64,000 bases of DNA from an uncultured Planctomycetaceae bacterium (GTDB taxonomy: Bacteria > Planctomycetota > Planctomycetia > Planctomycetales > Planctomycetaceae): assembly GCA_963976765.1 (NCBI GenBank), contig CAXBME010000025.1, positions 1 to 64,000 on the forward strand. The letters are read 5' to 3'. Position numbers and translations under genes: made by a program. Shown here piece by piece: positions 1 through 9,162 of the stretch (position 1 is the stretch's first letter; each line of letters opens with the position of its first letter). Below the pieces are notes generated by a model, which had not been told where the DNA came from, made no database searches, and was given only the letters and a program-made list of their open reading frames with translations.

Positions 1-1051
1 CATCGCCGAAGGCTCCGACGGCCAGATCGGCGACACCGTCGCCATCCAGGTCGCCTACACCCGCCACCGAACTCCCGAAGCCGTAACTATTCGCGAGCGT
101 CGGTCCACCGCTGGTTTCATGGGCGATCTTCGTCGAAGACCTCACGGTGCCGTCGGCTTCCATGAACAGCACATGCACTGCACCACGATTAGTGCCACCC
201 GTGTCATCACCGATGGCTCCCACGGCCAGATCGGCGACGCCGTCGCCATCCAGGTCGCCCACAGACGCCACCGAATTCCCGAAGAAGTCAGAATTCGCAA
301 GCGTCGGTCCGCCGTTGGTTTCGTGGGCGATCTTCAGGAAGTGATCGACCGTGCCGCTGCCGGGCGCAGTGATCTCGAAAACGTAATCCTCGACTTCCCC
401 GTCGTCCGCCGGGCCGGTTGGGCTGGCTGCCGCACCGTCCGTGCTCAGCCGGAACCTGACGTAGGTCGTTCCGGCCGCTCCCACGGGAATGCTCGGAAAC
501 GTCAGTGTGACACGCTCGGCGGTCGTTCCGTCCGGAATGGCGATCTGTGCCCGTTCGGTCGCATTCTCAAACACGCCGTCGCCGTTGTAGTCGATCCACC
601 CGGCCAGCATTGCCGCACTGCCGGTCGTGTTCGTGACCAGCAACGTAATCGTCGGCTGCGCTCCGATGGTGCCACGCAGCTCCAGCGGATTCAGCACGCC
701 GTCTTCGTCATCGCTGGCGCCGGCTGCGAATTGGTCGTCCGCATTCGCCCGTGCGTTCTGCAGCGTTCCGGCATCGCCATCGACCGAGTTGCCCAGAAAC
801 AGCGTCGTCTGCGTGGCGTCAATTGTGTGACTCGGTCCGCCGTTGTCGCTGATCGTTTCGTAGTTTCCAGTCGCCGTTCCCGCTGCCGTGTCCGGAGCAT
901 CACCAAAATCTGCTGAGCCATTGAGTCTACCCAAACGGCAACCTGTGTCTCCACGCAGCTTGTCGGTTTCCTGTTCAGGAATGACAAAATTGGCAGGTGA
1001 TTCAGCGCCGGATGCCACGGTCGCTCTGGCTCGTTGCTGCCGGGCCGTCAT
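1..1051 (-). CDS. GEVED domain + FG-GAP repeat protein (3' end runs off the window; start uncertain, ATG 1051 or TTG 934)
   Basis: Translated by hand; frame is open from 1051 to the window edge. Reads DFGDAP...AGWIDYNGDGVF...YVRFRLSTD...GEVEDY, then FG-GAP repeats (FGNSVASVGDLDGDGVADLAVGAIGDD; FGSSVAGVGDLDGDGVADLAVGAFGD). Not in the ORF track. Confidence 0.85.
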   Translation of the reverse strand, partial: MTARQQRARATVASGAESPANFVIPEQETDKLRGDTGCRLGRLNGSADFGDAPDTAAGTATGNYETISDNGGPSHTIDATQTTLFLGNSVDGDAGTLQNARANADDQFAAGASDDEDGVLNPLELRGTIGAQPTITLLVTNTTGSAAMLAGWIDYNGDGVFENATERAQIAIPDGTTAERVTLTFPSIPVGAAGTTYVRFRLSTDGAAASPTGPADDGEVEDYVFEITAPGSGTVDHFLKIAHETNGGPTLANSDFFGNSVASVGDLDGDGVADLAVGAIGDDTGGTNRGAVHVLFMEADGTVRSSTKIAHETSGGPTLANSYGFGSSVAGVGDLDGDGVADLAVGAFGD

Positions 1052-1066
1052 TCCGAGTAAGTTTCG

Positions 1067-2206
1067 TCAGAGCGTGCCTGGCTCGTCGATCAGCATCAGG
1101 CGTTCGATTTCGTTGGACTGGAAGCCGATGGCCATCGGCTGGCGGACTCCGGGGAGCACGGCGGAATCGTACAGTTCGGTGACCAGGCTGCCGTCGAGAC
1201 GTAGCCAGTGCGCAATCGTGCCGGTGTTCAGATCGATGATCTGCAGACCGCACTGTGGTTCGGCTTTGCGTTGTTCAAGTCGATCGTCCAGCGGGAGTCC
1301 GTGAAAGCTGCTGTGCCTCGGCTTCGACAAGGTGACGACGGCGAAGTTGCCGACGAACGAAAGGCCTCGCAGGTAGCCAGGGCAGAACGCGACGGGCTGG
1401 AACTTTCCGGAGTCGAGATCGATGGAGCCAAACTCGCCCGTGCCCGAGTTGTGCACCCACAACCGGTCGTTGTACCACCTGGGTGAGTGAGGCATCGACA
1501 AACCACTGGTGATGATTTCGTTCGAGGCCACGTCGATCACGCAGCCACCATCGTGTCGACGATCCCGCCAGCCATCGACAACGTCGGAATCCGCCACGAC
1601 CGTGACATAAGCCGGTCGTCCGTCGCGCATCGCCAGACCGTTGAGATGGCAGCGGTCTTCCGGAACCAGCGCGCTCAGGAACGATGGCTTCCACAGCGGC
1701 TTAAAGCTGGCTCGATCACTGAGCGTCGCCAGGCAGCCGAACATCGTGTTCACAAAGATCAGCCGACCGTCCGCGTCGACTGCCATGTCGTGAACGTCCA
1801 GGTGTCCGGTCGTGTGCCCGACTCGCGGCAGGTAAGTGACGTCGTAGCCGCGTTCTGTCCAGGCGGGAATGGCTGAATCCTCACTCTCCGGATTCGGCGG
1901 CTGGTAAGGCACGACCTGAGTCGGAGCCTGATTGAACTTCCAGATCTGATAACGCGAACTCAGCCAGATCGTTGACGCATCTGGCGAGGCCCACATGCCC
2001 ATGCAGTGCCCGTACGTCCGCTCAAAAATCGCAATCGAGTGATCCAGCTTCCGCCCGACGAAGAACAGCTTGCCTGTCTGATAAGTCGTAAACGCCAGAC
2101 TGACCCGCTGCTCGGCCAGCCAGTCCATTAAATACCGTGACCCCTGAGCGTTCAGCCACGGCTTCGTGGCCCCTGCGGATGAAGATGTGTCTGGTTCTGA
2201 GTTCAT
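1067..2206 (-). CDS. TIGR03032 family protein (DUF4915)
   Basis: Family motifs SLAFTTYQTGKL, TGHLDVHDM, FVNTMFGCL, PEDRCHLNGLAM, GLSMPHSPRW, FCPGYLRGL. Confidence 0.88.
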   Translation of the reverse strand: MNSEPDTSSSAGATKPWLNAQGSRYLMDWLAEQRVSLAFTTYQTGKLFFVGRKLDHSIAIFERTYGHCMGMWASPDASTIWLSSRYQIWKFNQAPTQVVPYQPPNPESEDSAIPAWTERGYDVTYLPRVGHTTGHLDVHDMAVDADGRLIFVNTMFGCLATLSDRASFKPLWKPSFLSALVPEDRCHLNGLAMRDGRPAYVTVVADSDVVDGWRDRRHDGGCVIDVASNEIITSGLSMPHSPRWYNDRLWVHNSGTGEFGSIDLDSGKFQPVAFCPGYLRGLSFVGNFAVVTLSKPRHSSFHGLPLDDRLEQRKAEPQCGLQIIDLNTGTIAHWLRLDGSLVTELYDSAVLPGVRQPMAIGFQSNEIERLMLIDEPGTL

Positions 2207-2444
2207 TACAACGTTTCTGATTTCGATGGTTTTGAAAAAAGCCAGGACTCGTGCAATCGCCGATCAAAACAGTCCGCTTCACGCAGGCTTAATCTGCCTC
2301 TACAGACTTCCGATCCGTGAAGCATGTCAGTGCCACGAGCAATTGGCAAATGTCGGACGAGGTCAGATCTGAATCATGGAATGACTGCGATTGCCAACAA
2401 CTTCACAATCACTGCGAGAGGAAACTGAGTCCCGGCAATAGAAA

Positions 2445-2474
2445 ATCCGGGCAGGAACCATTTCCTGCCCGGAT
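2445..2474 (-). terminator. Intrinsic terminator-like hairpin downstream of the 2528-3523 gene
   Basis: 13-bp stem ATCCGGGCAGGAA/TTCCTGCCCGGAT followed by a short T run on the minus strand. Confidence 0.6.
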
Positions 2475-2527
2475 CGATTGAGTCGTTTGATTTGGAATCG
2501 TAGATCGTGCTGATCCTCGCGCGGTGA

Positions 2528-3523
2528 CTACTGATTGCAGGTGGTGCATTCTTCGGTCACGGGCACCTTCACGGTCTTCTGAATCGTCTTCTGCACGTAA
2601 CGAGTGACAGGAACTTCGATCTCGCGCGAAACCGTGTGTGGAACGGCGACTGTTTCGTAAGTTGTGACCTGGCGAGGCACGGTCTGCATCTGCGTGACCT
2701 GCCGTGTTCGAACCTGCTGGCGCGGGACGTTCACCGTAACCGGCACGTTCACCGTCTGGGCAACAGGTCTGTAGTCAACAACCTGTCGAGTCTGGTACTG
2801 AGTCTGCTGCCGGGTGACCGGCACCTGATAAGTGTACTGCTGGTTGAAAATCTGTCGCTGATTGACAACCTGCTGGACGACTCGCTGAGTCGGCGCGGAC
2901 ATCGTCTGCACGGAAGCCATGCCGGGCGACGACTGAGTGCAATTGCACTGCGACGTCACAACCCGGTTCACAGTCACGGGGACGTCCTGAGCAACCTGTC
3001 GTATGCCCACTCGGTTTTCGAATCCCTGAACGTTGACAGTGACTGGCGTCACGACATTTCTGGTCACCGCCTGGTAGCCGGTTTGAGTCACCTGCTGAAC
3101 TCGCGTTTCCTGAGCCATCACCGTCACGGTCTCGTTGACGTTGACCGTCTGTGGAACCTGCTCGTAAACCGTGACCGTCTTCGGACGCTGCTCGTATCGA
3201 ACCTGCTGTTCCTGGACCGTCCGTTTTTCCAGGACGGTTTCCGGAACAGAAATGGTCTCGGTCACGACCTGCTCACGAAACTCAGGAGCCGGCGGAGCAC
3301 AGGTCGGAGCGATCTCGCACGCAGCCGCCGGAGCACACGTCGTGTACGGTGCGTAAACCCTCGTGCCCGCGTAGTATGTTGCGGTCGGTCCGCCAGCCGC
3401 CGACGAATACGACAGCACCGGGGCACAATTAGAATTGGCCTGCCAGTAAGACTGAGCGAAGGCCGGCGAAGACAGGGCGGCGAACAGGCTGGCGACTGAT
3501 GCCAATGAAACAGCAGCTTTCAT
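2528..3523 (-). CDS. Secreted Val/Thr/Gln/Pro-rich protein with Cys clusters, resembling planctomycete YTV-type envelope proteins
   Basis: Signal peptide ending AFA; GAGGAG RBS upstream; repeated VPV/VTV/VP motifs; Cys near the N-terminus, in the middle (CNC) and at the C-terminus (CTTC). Confidence 0.75.
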   Translation of the reverse strand: MKAAVSLASVASLFAALSSPAFAQSYWQANSNCAPVLSYSSAAGGPTATYYAGTRVYAPYTTCAPAAACEIAPTCAPPAPEFREQVVTETISVPETVLEKRTVQEQQVRYEQRPKTVTVYEQVPQTVNVNETVTVMAQETRVQQVTQTGYQAVTRNVVTPVTVNVQGFENRVGIRQVAQDVPVTVNRVVTSQCNCTQSSPGMASVQTMSAPTQRVVQQVVNQRQIFNQQYTYQVPVTRQQTQYQTRQVVDYRPVAQTVNVPVTVNVPRQQVRTRQVTQMQTVPRQVTTYETVAVPHTVSREIEVPVTRYVQKTIQKTVKVPVTEECTTCNQ

Positions 3524-3697
3524 AGTCTCTCTCCTCGGTGAATCAGGTTTCGACGCTCTTCAACGAGCGGTCGGATCTCATTCCGGTCCTGACGATTATT
3601 CATACTGTGCAGATTACGCAAATTAACACCCGATACGGGACATGAAAAGAGTCAATCCGCTACTTTCTGACCGGAAACACCAATTCCGCTAACCCTT

Positions 3698-4849
3698 ATG
3701 AACAACGAGTTTGAAGCCATTGTTGTGGGAACGGGAGGCTTCGGAAGCAGTTGCCTGTTCCACCTCGCAAGCCGCGGCGTCAAGGTTCTCGGCCTTGACC
3801 GGTTTCCCGCCGGCCACGATCAAGGCAGCTCACACGGCGACACCAGAATCATCCGGCAGGCGTACTTCGAGCATCCCGATTACGTCCCCCTGCTCCGCCG
3901 AGCCTATCACCAGTGGCGAGAACTCGAAGCGTGGTCAGGCCGCGACCTGATGCAGATCTGTGGCCTGTTCCTGGCAGGCCCGCCCGAAGGTGAGGCCGTC
4001 GCCGGAACACGACTGGCGGCGAAGCTGCACCAACTGGAAATCGAGAATGTATCAGCAGCAGACCTCACCAGAGATCGTGGTGCAAGGTTTCCTGGCTTTC
4101 AAATCCCCGACGGATTCGACGTAGTCATGGAATCAGCCGGTGGATACCTGCATGTCGAAGCCTGCGTGCGGACACACATCGAACTCGCCTGCAAAGCCGG
4201 AGCGGAACACCACTCGGGCGACGAGATCATCGGCTGGGAGTCCAATGGCCGAACGGTCCGAATCCGCACCGCGTCCGAAGAATTCGAGGCGGCATCGCTG
4301 ATCCTCACACCGGGCGCGTGGGCAAACCACCTGCTCGGCAGCATTCCGGGAATTCCGGCGCTGCGTGTGCTGAGGAAAACGATGCACTGGAACAAGGTCC
4401 GGTCCGACGTCTACGACTCAAACAATGGTGGCCAGGGATTCCTTTTCGAGATGCCTTACGGAGCATTCTACGGTTTCCCTTCGATCGACGGTGCGAGTCT
4501 CAAGCTTGCCAAACACTCCGGTGGTGAGACCATCACTGACCCGCTTCGAGTCGACCGATCGCTGCAAGATTCCGACACGGTTCCAATCAGCCGCTTCGTC
4601 AACGACGTCATGCCCGGCGTTGCTCCACGAACTGACCGCCATTCCGTCTGCATGTACACAGTCACGCCCGATGGCCATTTCATCGTTGACCGACATCCGG
4701 AATACAAAAACGTTTTCTTCGGAGCAGGCTTCTCCGGCCACGGCTTCAAATTCACGTCTGTTCTGGGAGAAGCCCTCGCGGAGCTGGCCATCGCCGGTTC
4801 CACCAACCTCCCGATCAACTTCCTGGGTCTTTCGCGATTTCAATCCTGA
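3698..4849 (+). CDS. solA: N-methyl-L-tryptophan oxidase / monomeric sarcosine oxidase family flavoprotein
   Basis: GxGxxG (GTGGFG), GSSHGDTRIIRQAY, covalent-FAD Cys motif CMYT, GFSGHGFKF. Confidence 0.88.
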   Translation: MNNEFEAIVVGTGGFGSSCLFHLASRGVKVLGLDRFPAGHDQGSSHGDTRIIRQAYFEHPDYVPLLRRAYHQWRELEAWSGRDLMQICGLFLAGPPEGEAVAGTRLAAKLHQLEIENVSAADLTRDRGARFPGFQIPDGFDVVMESAGGYLHVEACVRTHIELACKAGAEHHSGDEIIGWESNGRTVRIRTASEEFEAASLILTPGAWANHLLGSIPGIPALRVLRKTMHWNKVRSDVYDSNNGGQGFLFEMPYGAFYGFPSIDGASLKLAKHSGGETITDPLRVDRSLQDSDTVPISRFVNDVMPGVAPRTDRHSVCMYTVTPDGHFIVDRHPEYKNVFFGAGFSGHGFKFTSVLGEALAELAIAGSTNLPINFLGLSRFQS

Positions 4850-4906
4850 CACGCCGACGGTTGGCAACTCCAGAACGCTTCACCAGACTCCACGTCAGTT
4901 GTAGAC

Positions 4907-4963
4907 GTAGAGTGGGCTCCGCCCACCAGTTGTGAATTCATTGGTGGGCGGTGCCCACCCTAC
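4907..4963. repeat. Inverted pair of GTAG-type REP-like palindromes
   Basis: GTAG-AGTGGGC-TCC-GCCCACC ... GGTGGGC-GGT-GCCCACC-CTAC in an intergenic position. Confidence 0.7.
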
Positions 4964-4999
4964 TCGCAGAAATCTGCGTATCGAAAACGGGACTGCATT

Positions 5000-6265
5000 A
5001 TGCGCTCAATCGTTCTGGCGGCTCTTGCCGTTTGTTTGCTCGGTAAAATCTCAACGGACTCAACAGTCGCTGGCGACTGGCCGCAGATTCTTGGTCCGGC
5101 CAGAAACGGTATCGCTCTGAACGAGAAGATTGCCGATTCCTGGCCAGGTGGCGGGCCGAAGTTCGCTTGGGAGAAAAAAGTCGGCGACGGGTTTGCTGGC
5201 GTCTCCATCGCGAACGGAATTTGTGTCATTTTTCATCGAGTCGGTAACGAAGAGACAGCCGAAGGCCTCGACGCGAAAACCGGAAAGCAACTCTGGAGCG
5301 TGGCGTTTCCTGCCGAGTACGTGCCGTCGTTCAACCCGGATGCCGGTCCACGAGCCGCTCCGGTCATCCACGAAGGTCTCGTTTATCTTTACGGAGCGCG
5401 CGGCGTCCTCTCGTGCGTTCAGCTTGCGGATGGCAAAAAAGTCTGGCAGCGAGATTTGTACGCCGATTTCAGCAGCAAGCGGCCTTCTCGCGGAGAACCC
5501 GCCGAAGGCTATTTCGGATTCGCAAGCAGCCCGATCGTTGAAGGAGACAAACTGCTGCTCAACGTCGGAGGCAGCAGCAAGAACGCCGGCATCGTCGCCT
5601 TTGATCGAAAGACCGGAAAGACGATCTGGACAGCAACCGACGAGCGAGCCAGTTATTCGTCGCCCGTCGCTACCACCATCGACGGCCAGCGGCACATTGT
5701 GTTTGCAACTCGGCTGAAAGTAGTTTCGGTCGATCCGGCCAACGGTCGCGTTCTCTTTGAATTTCCTTTTGGCGAACTCGGACCATCAGCCACCGGAGCC
5801 AACCCCGTCTTGATGGACAACGCCGTCTTCATTACCGGCAGTTATTACTTCGGAGCAGTGCTGGCCCGTGCCGGCCGCAGCGGCGCGATCGAAGTCTGGA
5901 GAAGCGACGAGATTCTTTCGAGCCAGTACACCACTTCAATTGCGTACGAAAAAAATCTCTTCGGCGTCCACGGTCGACAGGATGCGGCAGCAGCCGAACT
6001 GCGTTGCGTCAACCCGAACACTCGGCAGGTTCTCTGGAAAGAAAGCGGTTTCGGTTACGCGACGATGATCCTCGCCGACGACAAACTACTCATCATGAAA
6101 ACTGACGGAGAACTCGTCCTCGCCGCCGCCGATACAAAACAGTATCGCGAACTGGCCCGAGCCGACCTGTTCGACGGAGCCACCACGCGAGCACTGCCGT
6201 CACTCAGCAACGGCTTGTTCTACGTGCGTGACGGAAGAACGCTCAAATGCTTCGACCTGAGGTAG
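5000..6265 (+). CDS. PQQ-binding-like beta-propeller protein (BamB-like family expanded in planctomycetes)
   Basis: Signal peptide, DWPQILGPARNG start, repeated D..TGK..W blades, SYSSP, terminal YVRD...LKCFDL. Confidence 0.85.
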   Translation: MRSIVLAALAVCLLGKISTDSTVAGDWPQILGPARNGIALNEKIADSWPGGGPKFAWEKKVGDGFAGVSIANGICVIFHRVGNEETAEGLDAKTGKQLWSVAFPAEYVPSFNPDAGPRAAPVIHEGLVYLYGARGVLSCVQLADGKKVWQRDLYADFSSKRPSRGEPAEGYFGFASSPIVEGDKLLLNVGGSSKNAGIVAFDRKTGKTIWTATDERASYSSPVATTIDGQRHIVFATRLKVVSVDPANGRVLFEFPFGELGPSATGANPVLMDNAVFITGSYYFGAVLARAGRSGAIEVWRSDEILSSQYTTSIAYEKNLFGVHGRQDAAAAELRCVNPNTRQVLWKESGFGYATMILADDKLLIMKTDGELVLAAADTKQYRELARADLFDGATTRALPSLSNGLFYVRDGRTLKCFDLR

Positions 6266-6322
6266 GATGCTGAACGATCGAAGCCACCACGTACTCCGCC
6301 CTCAAATCGCGAGACGGAAGTC

Positions 6323-7987
6323 ATGACCGAATGGAAAAACCTGTGTTCGATGCACCGCTCGCAGAGCCAGCGTTTCGGTAACCGGGTCGCTCTGCGGCAC
6401 CCTCAGAACGGCCTCTACCGTGACCTCGCCTGGAACAGCTATCGGCGACAGGCGGACCAGGCGGCGGCGGGGTTAATTGGCCTCGGAATTGAAGCCGGTG
6501 ACCGGGTCGCCATTCTTTCCGAAAACCGTTTCGAGTGGCTGATCGCCGACCAAGCGATTCTCAGTACCGGTGCTGCAGACGTCCCATTACACGCGCCTCT
6601 TTCTCCAAAGCAGGTCGAGTACCAGGTCAGTCACAGCGAGGCTTGCGGCATCATCGTCAGTGGCCAGGCTCAGGCCAACAAGGTCTTCGAAGTCCTGGAC
6701 CAACTACCCACCCTGGAATTTCTGATTTCGTTCGACACGATCGACGTGCCGGACTGCCGTCTGAAGACGCTCACCTGGCAGGGGCTGAAGCATCGATCGA
6801 GAGCGATCAACTCCAACGAGATTGCAGCCCGAGAAGCCGACCTCGACAAATCCAGCCTGGCAACCATCATCTACACCAGCGGCACGACGGGAAATCCGAA
6901 AGGCGTCATGCTGACTCATGGCAACCTGCTGTGTAACGCAAAGTCAACGTACGATATTTCGTTCGTGTCGATGGACGATGTGCTCATGAGCTGGCTGCCG
7001 TACAGCCATATTTACGCTCGTACGGTCGACCATTACCTCACGTCAATCGGCGGCCTGACCGTCGTCCTCGCCGAGTCTGTTGACACACTGATGGACGATA
7101 TCAAGCGAATTCAGCCGACCTGGCTGACTGCCGTGCCACGGGTTTACGAAAAAGTCTGGAACGCTGTCGCGACACTCGACCAGGAAACCCGCACGTCCGC
7201 ATTGCATTCGATCTTCGGCTCGCGAGTTAAGCAGCTAACCTCGGGTGGTGCCCCCCTGCCCCGCTACATCGCTGAAGGCTTTTTCGAGGCTGGCATCCCA
7301 CTACTGGAAGGCTACGGCCTGACAGAAAGCTCGCCGGTCATCTCATTTAACAGTATCGAGAATTATCGACTCGGCTCCGTTGGCCAGTCGCTTGGTGACG
7401 TCGAGGTAAAGATTTCCGACGTCAGCGAAATCCTGACCAAAGGCCCGCACGTCATGACGGGCTACTGGAAGGATCCCAACGCAACTTCCGAAACAATCGT
7501 CGACGGCTGGCTGCACACCGGCGACGTCGGTCGCCTCGACGAGGATGCTTACCTCTTCATTACCGACCGGATGAAAGACCTGTTCGTCACGTCGACCGGC
7601 AAAAACATCGCCCCGGCAGAACTCGAACGAATTCTCAGCCGTGACGAGTACATCGATCAGGCCGTTGTCTACGGAGACGGTCGCCAGTTTGTCAGCGCAC
7701 TGATCGTGCCAAACTTCGAAAAGCTCCAGACACTCGCCGAAGCAAGCGGCTGGACGATCGAATCCGACAACGACTTCATCACAACTCCCGACGTACTGAC
7801 TTTTCTGGATGAGCAGGTGCAAAGCATCATGCAGCAGGTAAGCCAACCGGAACGTGTCAAAAAGTTCCTCGCGCTGGCACGGCCTTTCCAGGTCGAAGAC
7901 GACGAACTGACCGCGACATTAAAAATCCGCCGCCGCCACATCATCAGCCGCTACGAAGAACACCTCGCCAACTTGTATGAGCATTGA
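6323..7987 (+). CDS. Long-chain fatty acid--CoA ligase (AMP-dependent synthetase)
   Basis: YTSGTTGNPKG, EGYGLTE, WLHTGDVG, DRMKD...GKNIAP motifs. Confidence 0.9.
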   Translation: MTEWKNLCSMHRSQSQRFGNRVALRHPQNGLYRDLAWNSYRRQADQAAAGLIGLGIEAGDRVAILSENRFEWLIADQAILSTGAADVPLHAPLSPKQVEYQVSHSEACGIIVSGQAQANKVFEVLDQLPTLEFLISFDTIDVPDCRLKTLTWQGLKHRSRAINSNEIAAREADLDKSSLATIIYTSGTTGNPKGVMLTHGNLLCNAKSTYDISFVSMDDVLMSWLPYSHIYARTVDHYLTSIGGLTVVLAESVDTLMDDIKRIQPTWLTAVPRVYEKVWNAVATLDQETRTSALHSIFGSRVKQLTSGGAPLPRYIAEGFFEAGIPLLEGYGLTESSPVISFNSIENYRLGSVGQSLGDVEVKISDVSEILTKGPHVMTGYWKDPNATSETIVDGWLHTGDVGRLDEDAYLFITDRMKDLFVTSTGKNIAPAELERILSRDEYIDQAVVYGDGRQFVSALIVPNFEKLQTLAEASGWTIESDNDFITTPDVLTFLDEQVQSIMQQVSQPERVKKFLALARPFQVEDDELTATLKIRRRHIISRYEEHLANLYEH

Positions 7988-8007
7988 GAATTACCCGAAC
8001 GCAGTGA

Positions 8008-8076
8008 GCAGGCTGGGGCTTGCCCCAGTAATTGAGTTCTGAACAAAACTGGGGACTGGGTCGAGCTCCAGCCTAC
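8008..8076. repeat. Inverted pair of REP-like palindromes (GCAG ... CTAC ends)
   Basis: GCAG-GCTGGGGC-TT-GCCCCAGT ... ACTGGGTCGAGCTCCAGC-CTAC between two co-directional genes. Confidence 0.6.
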
Positions 8077-8171
8077 CTGACAAATGATTCCCAGTCGCTC
8101 AGGACAAACATTTTAAACCACGAATTACTCTGCATGAACGAGCGCCTTGACGGCGTTGCAAGGACTTAATC

Positions 8172-8957
8172 ATGGACACTCAGGTCACGCTGTCGACAAA
8201 CGGTTCCGTCGCAAGAGTTAAGTTATCTGGCGAGAAGGGCATTCAGCTTCTCGGGGCCGGAACTCGCGCACGGCTGCACGAAGTTCTCGAAGAAATCGAA
8301 CAGCTTGCCGAGATCAACGTCGTCGTCTTCGAGTCCGAAGGACGAACATTCATCGCTGGGGCGGACATCAACGAACTGCAATCACTCAACGCCGAAACGG
8401 GATTCGAGAATTCGCAGCAGGGGCAGACACTCATGAACCGAGTCGCGAAATTGTCGGCGACAACGATCGCAGCAATCCATGCGGCCTGTGCGGGAGGCGG
8501 AACGGAACTCGCTCTGTCGTGCGACATGCGGATCGCGACAGAGGACGCCGTGATCGGTTTGCCCGAAACCCGCATCGGAGTCCTGCCCGGCTGGGGGGGT
8601 ACCGTTCGAGCAACACGATTGCTCGGCAGCGCCGTCGCTCGTCGATTGGTTCTGACTGGCGAGCTGGTGTCCGCTGCGACGGCCCTTCAGCTCGGTCTCG
8701 TCGATCAGGTTGTCAACGAAGGAGAGTTTCGAGAAGCCGTCGAAGAGCGGATCAAGCTCGTCGCCAGCCGAGGCCCGAATGCCCGGGCAGCCTCAAAGAG
8801 ACTCATCGCCCAGTTTGAAGGCCCGGATGCAGAGGCACAATTTCTGGCAGAATCGAAAGCGTTCGCCGAGTGCTACTCGACGGGCGAGCCAAAACTCGGC
8901 ATGACCGCGTTCCTGTCAAAAACCGACGCCGACTGGGCATCACTCAGAAAGTCGTAG
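8172..8957 (+). CDS. Enoyl-CoA hydratase/isomerase (crotonase family)
   Basis: FIAGADI oxyanion motif; AGGGTELALSCD and GLPETRIGVLPGWGG with both catalytic Glu present. Confidence 0.9.
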   Translation: MDTQVTLSTNGSVARVKLSGEKGIQLLGAGTRARLHEVLEEIEQLAEINVVVFESEGRTFIAGADINELQSLNAETGFENSQQGQTLMNRVAKLSATTIAAIHAACAGGGTELALSCDMRIATEDAVIGLPETRIGVLPGWGGTVRATRLLGSAVARRLVLTGELVSAATALQLGLVDQVVNEGEFREAVEERIKLVASRGPNARAASKRLIAQFEGPDAEAQFLAESKAFAECYSTGEPKLGMTAFLSKTDADWASLRKS

Positions 8958-8974
8958 GTCAGGCTGCGCCCGAC
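8954..8974 (+). repeat. Single REP-like palindrome overlapping the stop codon of the crotonase gene
   Basis: GTAG-GTCAGGC-TGC-GCCCGAC; related copies at 11108-11128 and partially at 37865. Confidence 0.5.
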
Positions 8975-9001
8975 AGCGTCACCGCAAGCTGTAAATTGAG
9001 C

Positions 9002-9080
9002 GTGTGACACTGGCTCTGCTATTGCAGAAACTTCCTTGGATCGCCAATCGAAAACGCCACAGGCAGAGCCAGTGGCACAC
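9002..9080. repeat. Intergenic inverted repeat (18-bp arms, 1 mismatch)
   Basis: GTGTGACACTGGCTCTGC (9002-9019) and GCAGAGCCAGTGGCACAC (9063-9080). Confidence 0.7.
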
Positions 9081-9162
9081 CTTTTAATCGGGTGGCTAAG
9101 ATACAACCTCGCCAAGCTCTTCAACCCCGTTCCCCACCTGCAACCACTGAACTGAGCACACC

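Noticed and set aside
691..987. 98-aa Arg-rich minus-strand ORF that looks like a planctomycete export leader
   Set aside because: It overlaps the GEVED-coding frame out of frame and lacks the LE.R.LL motif; there is no evidence of a frameshift joining the two.
1052..1069. Selenocysteine recoding of the TGA between TIGR03032 and the GEVED gene
   Set aside because: The TGA is at the normal C-terminal end of the family, not at a Cys-equivalent catalytic site, and I saw no convincing SECIS-like hairpin.
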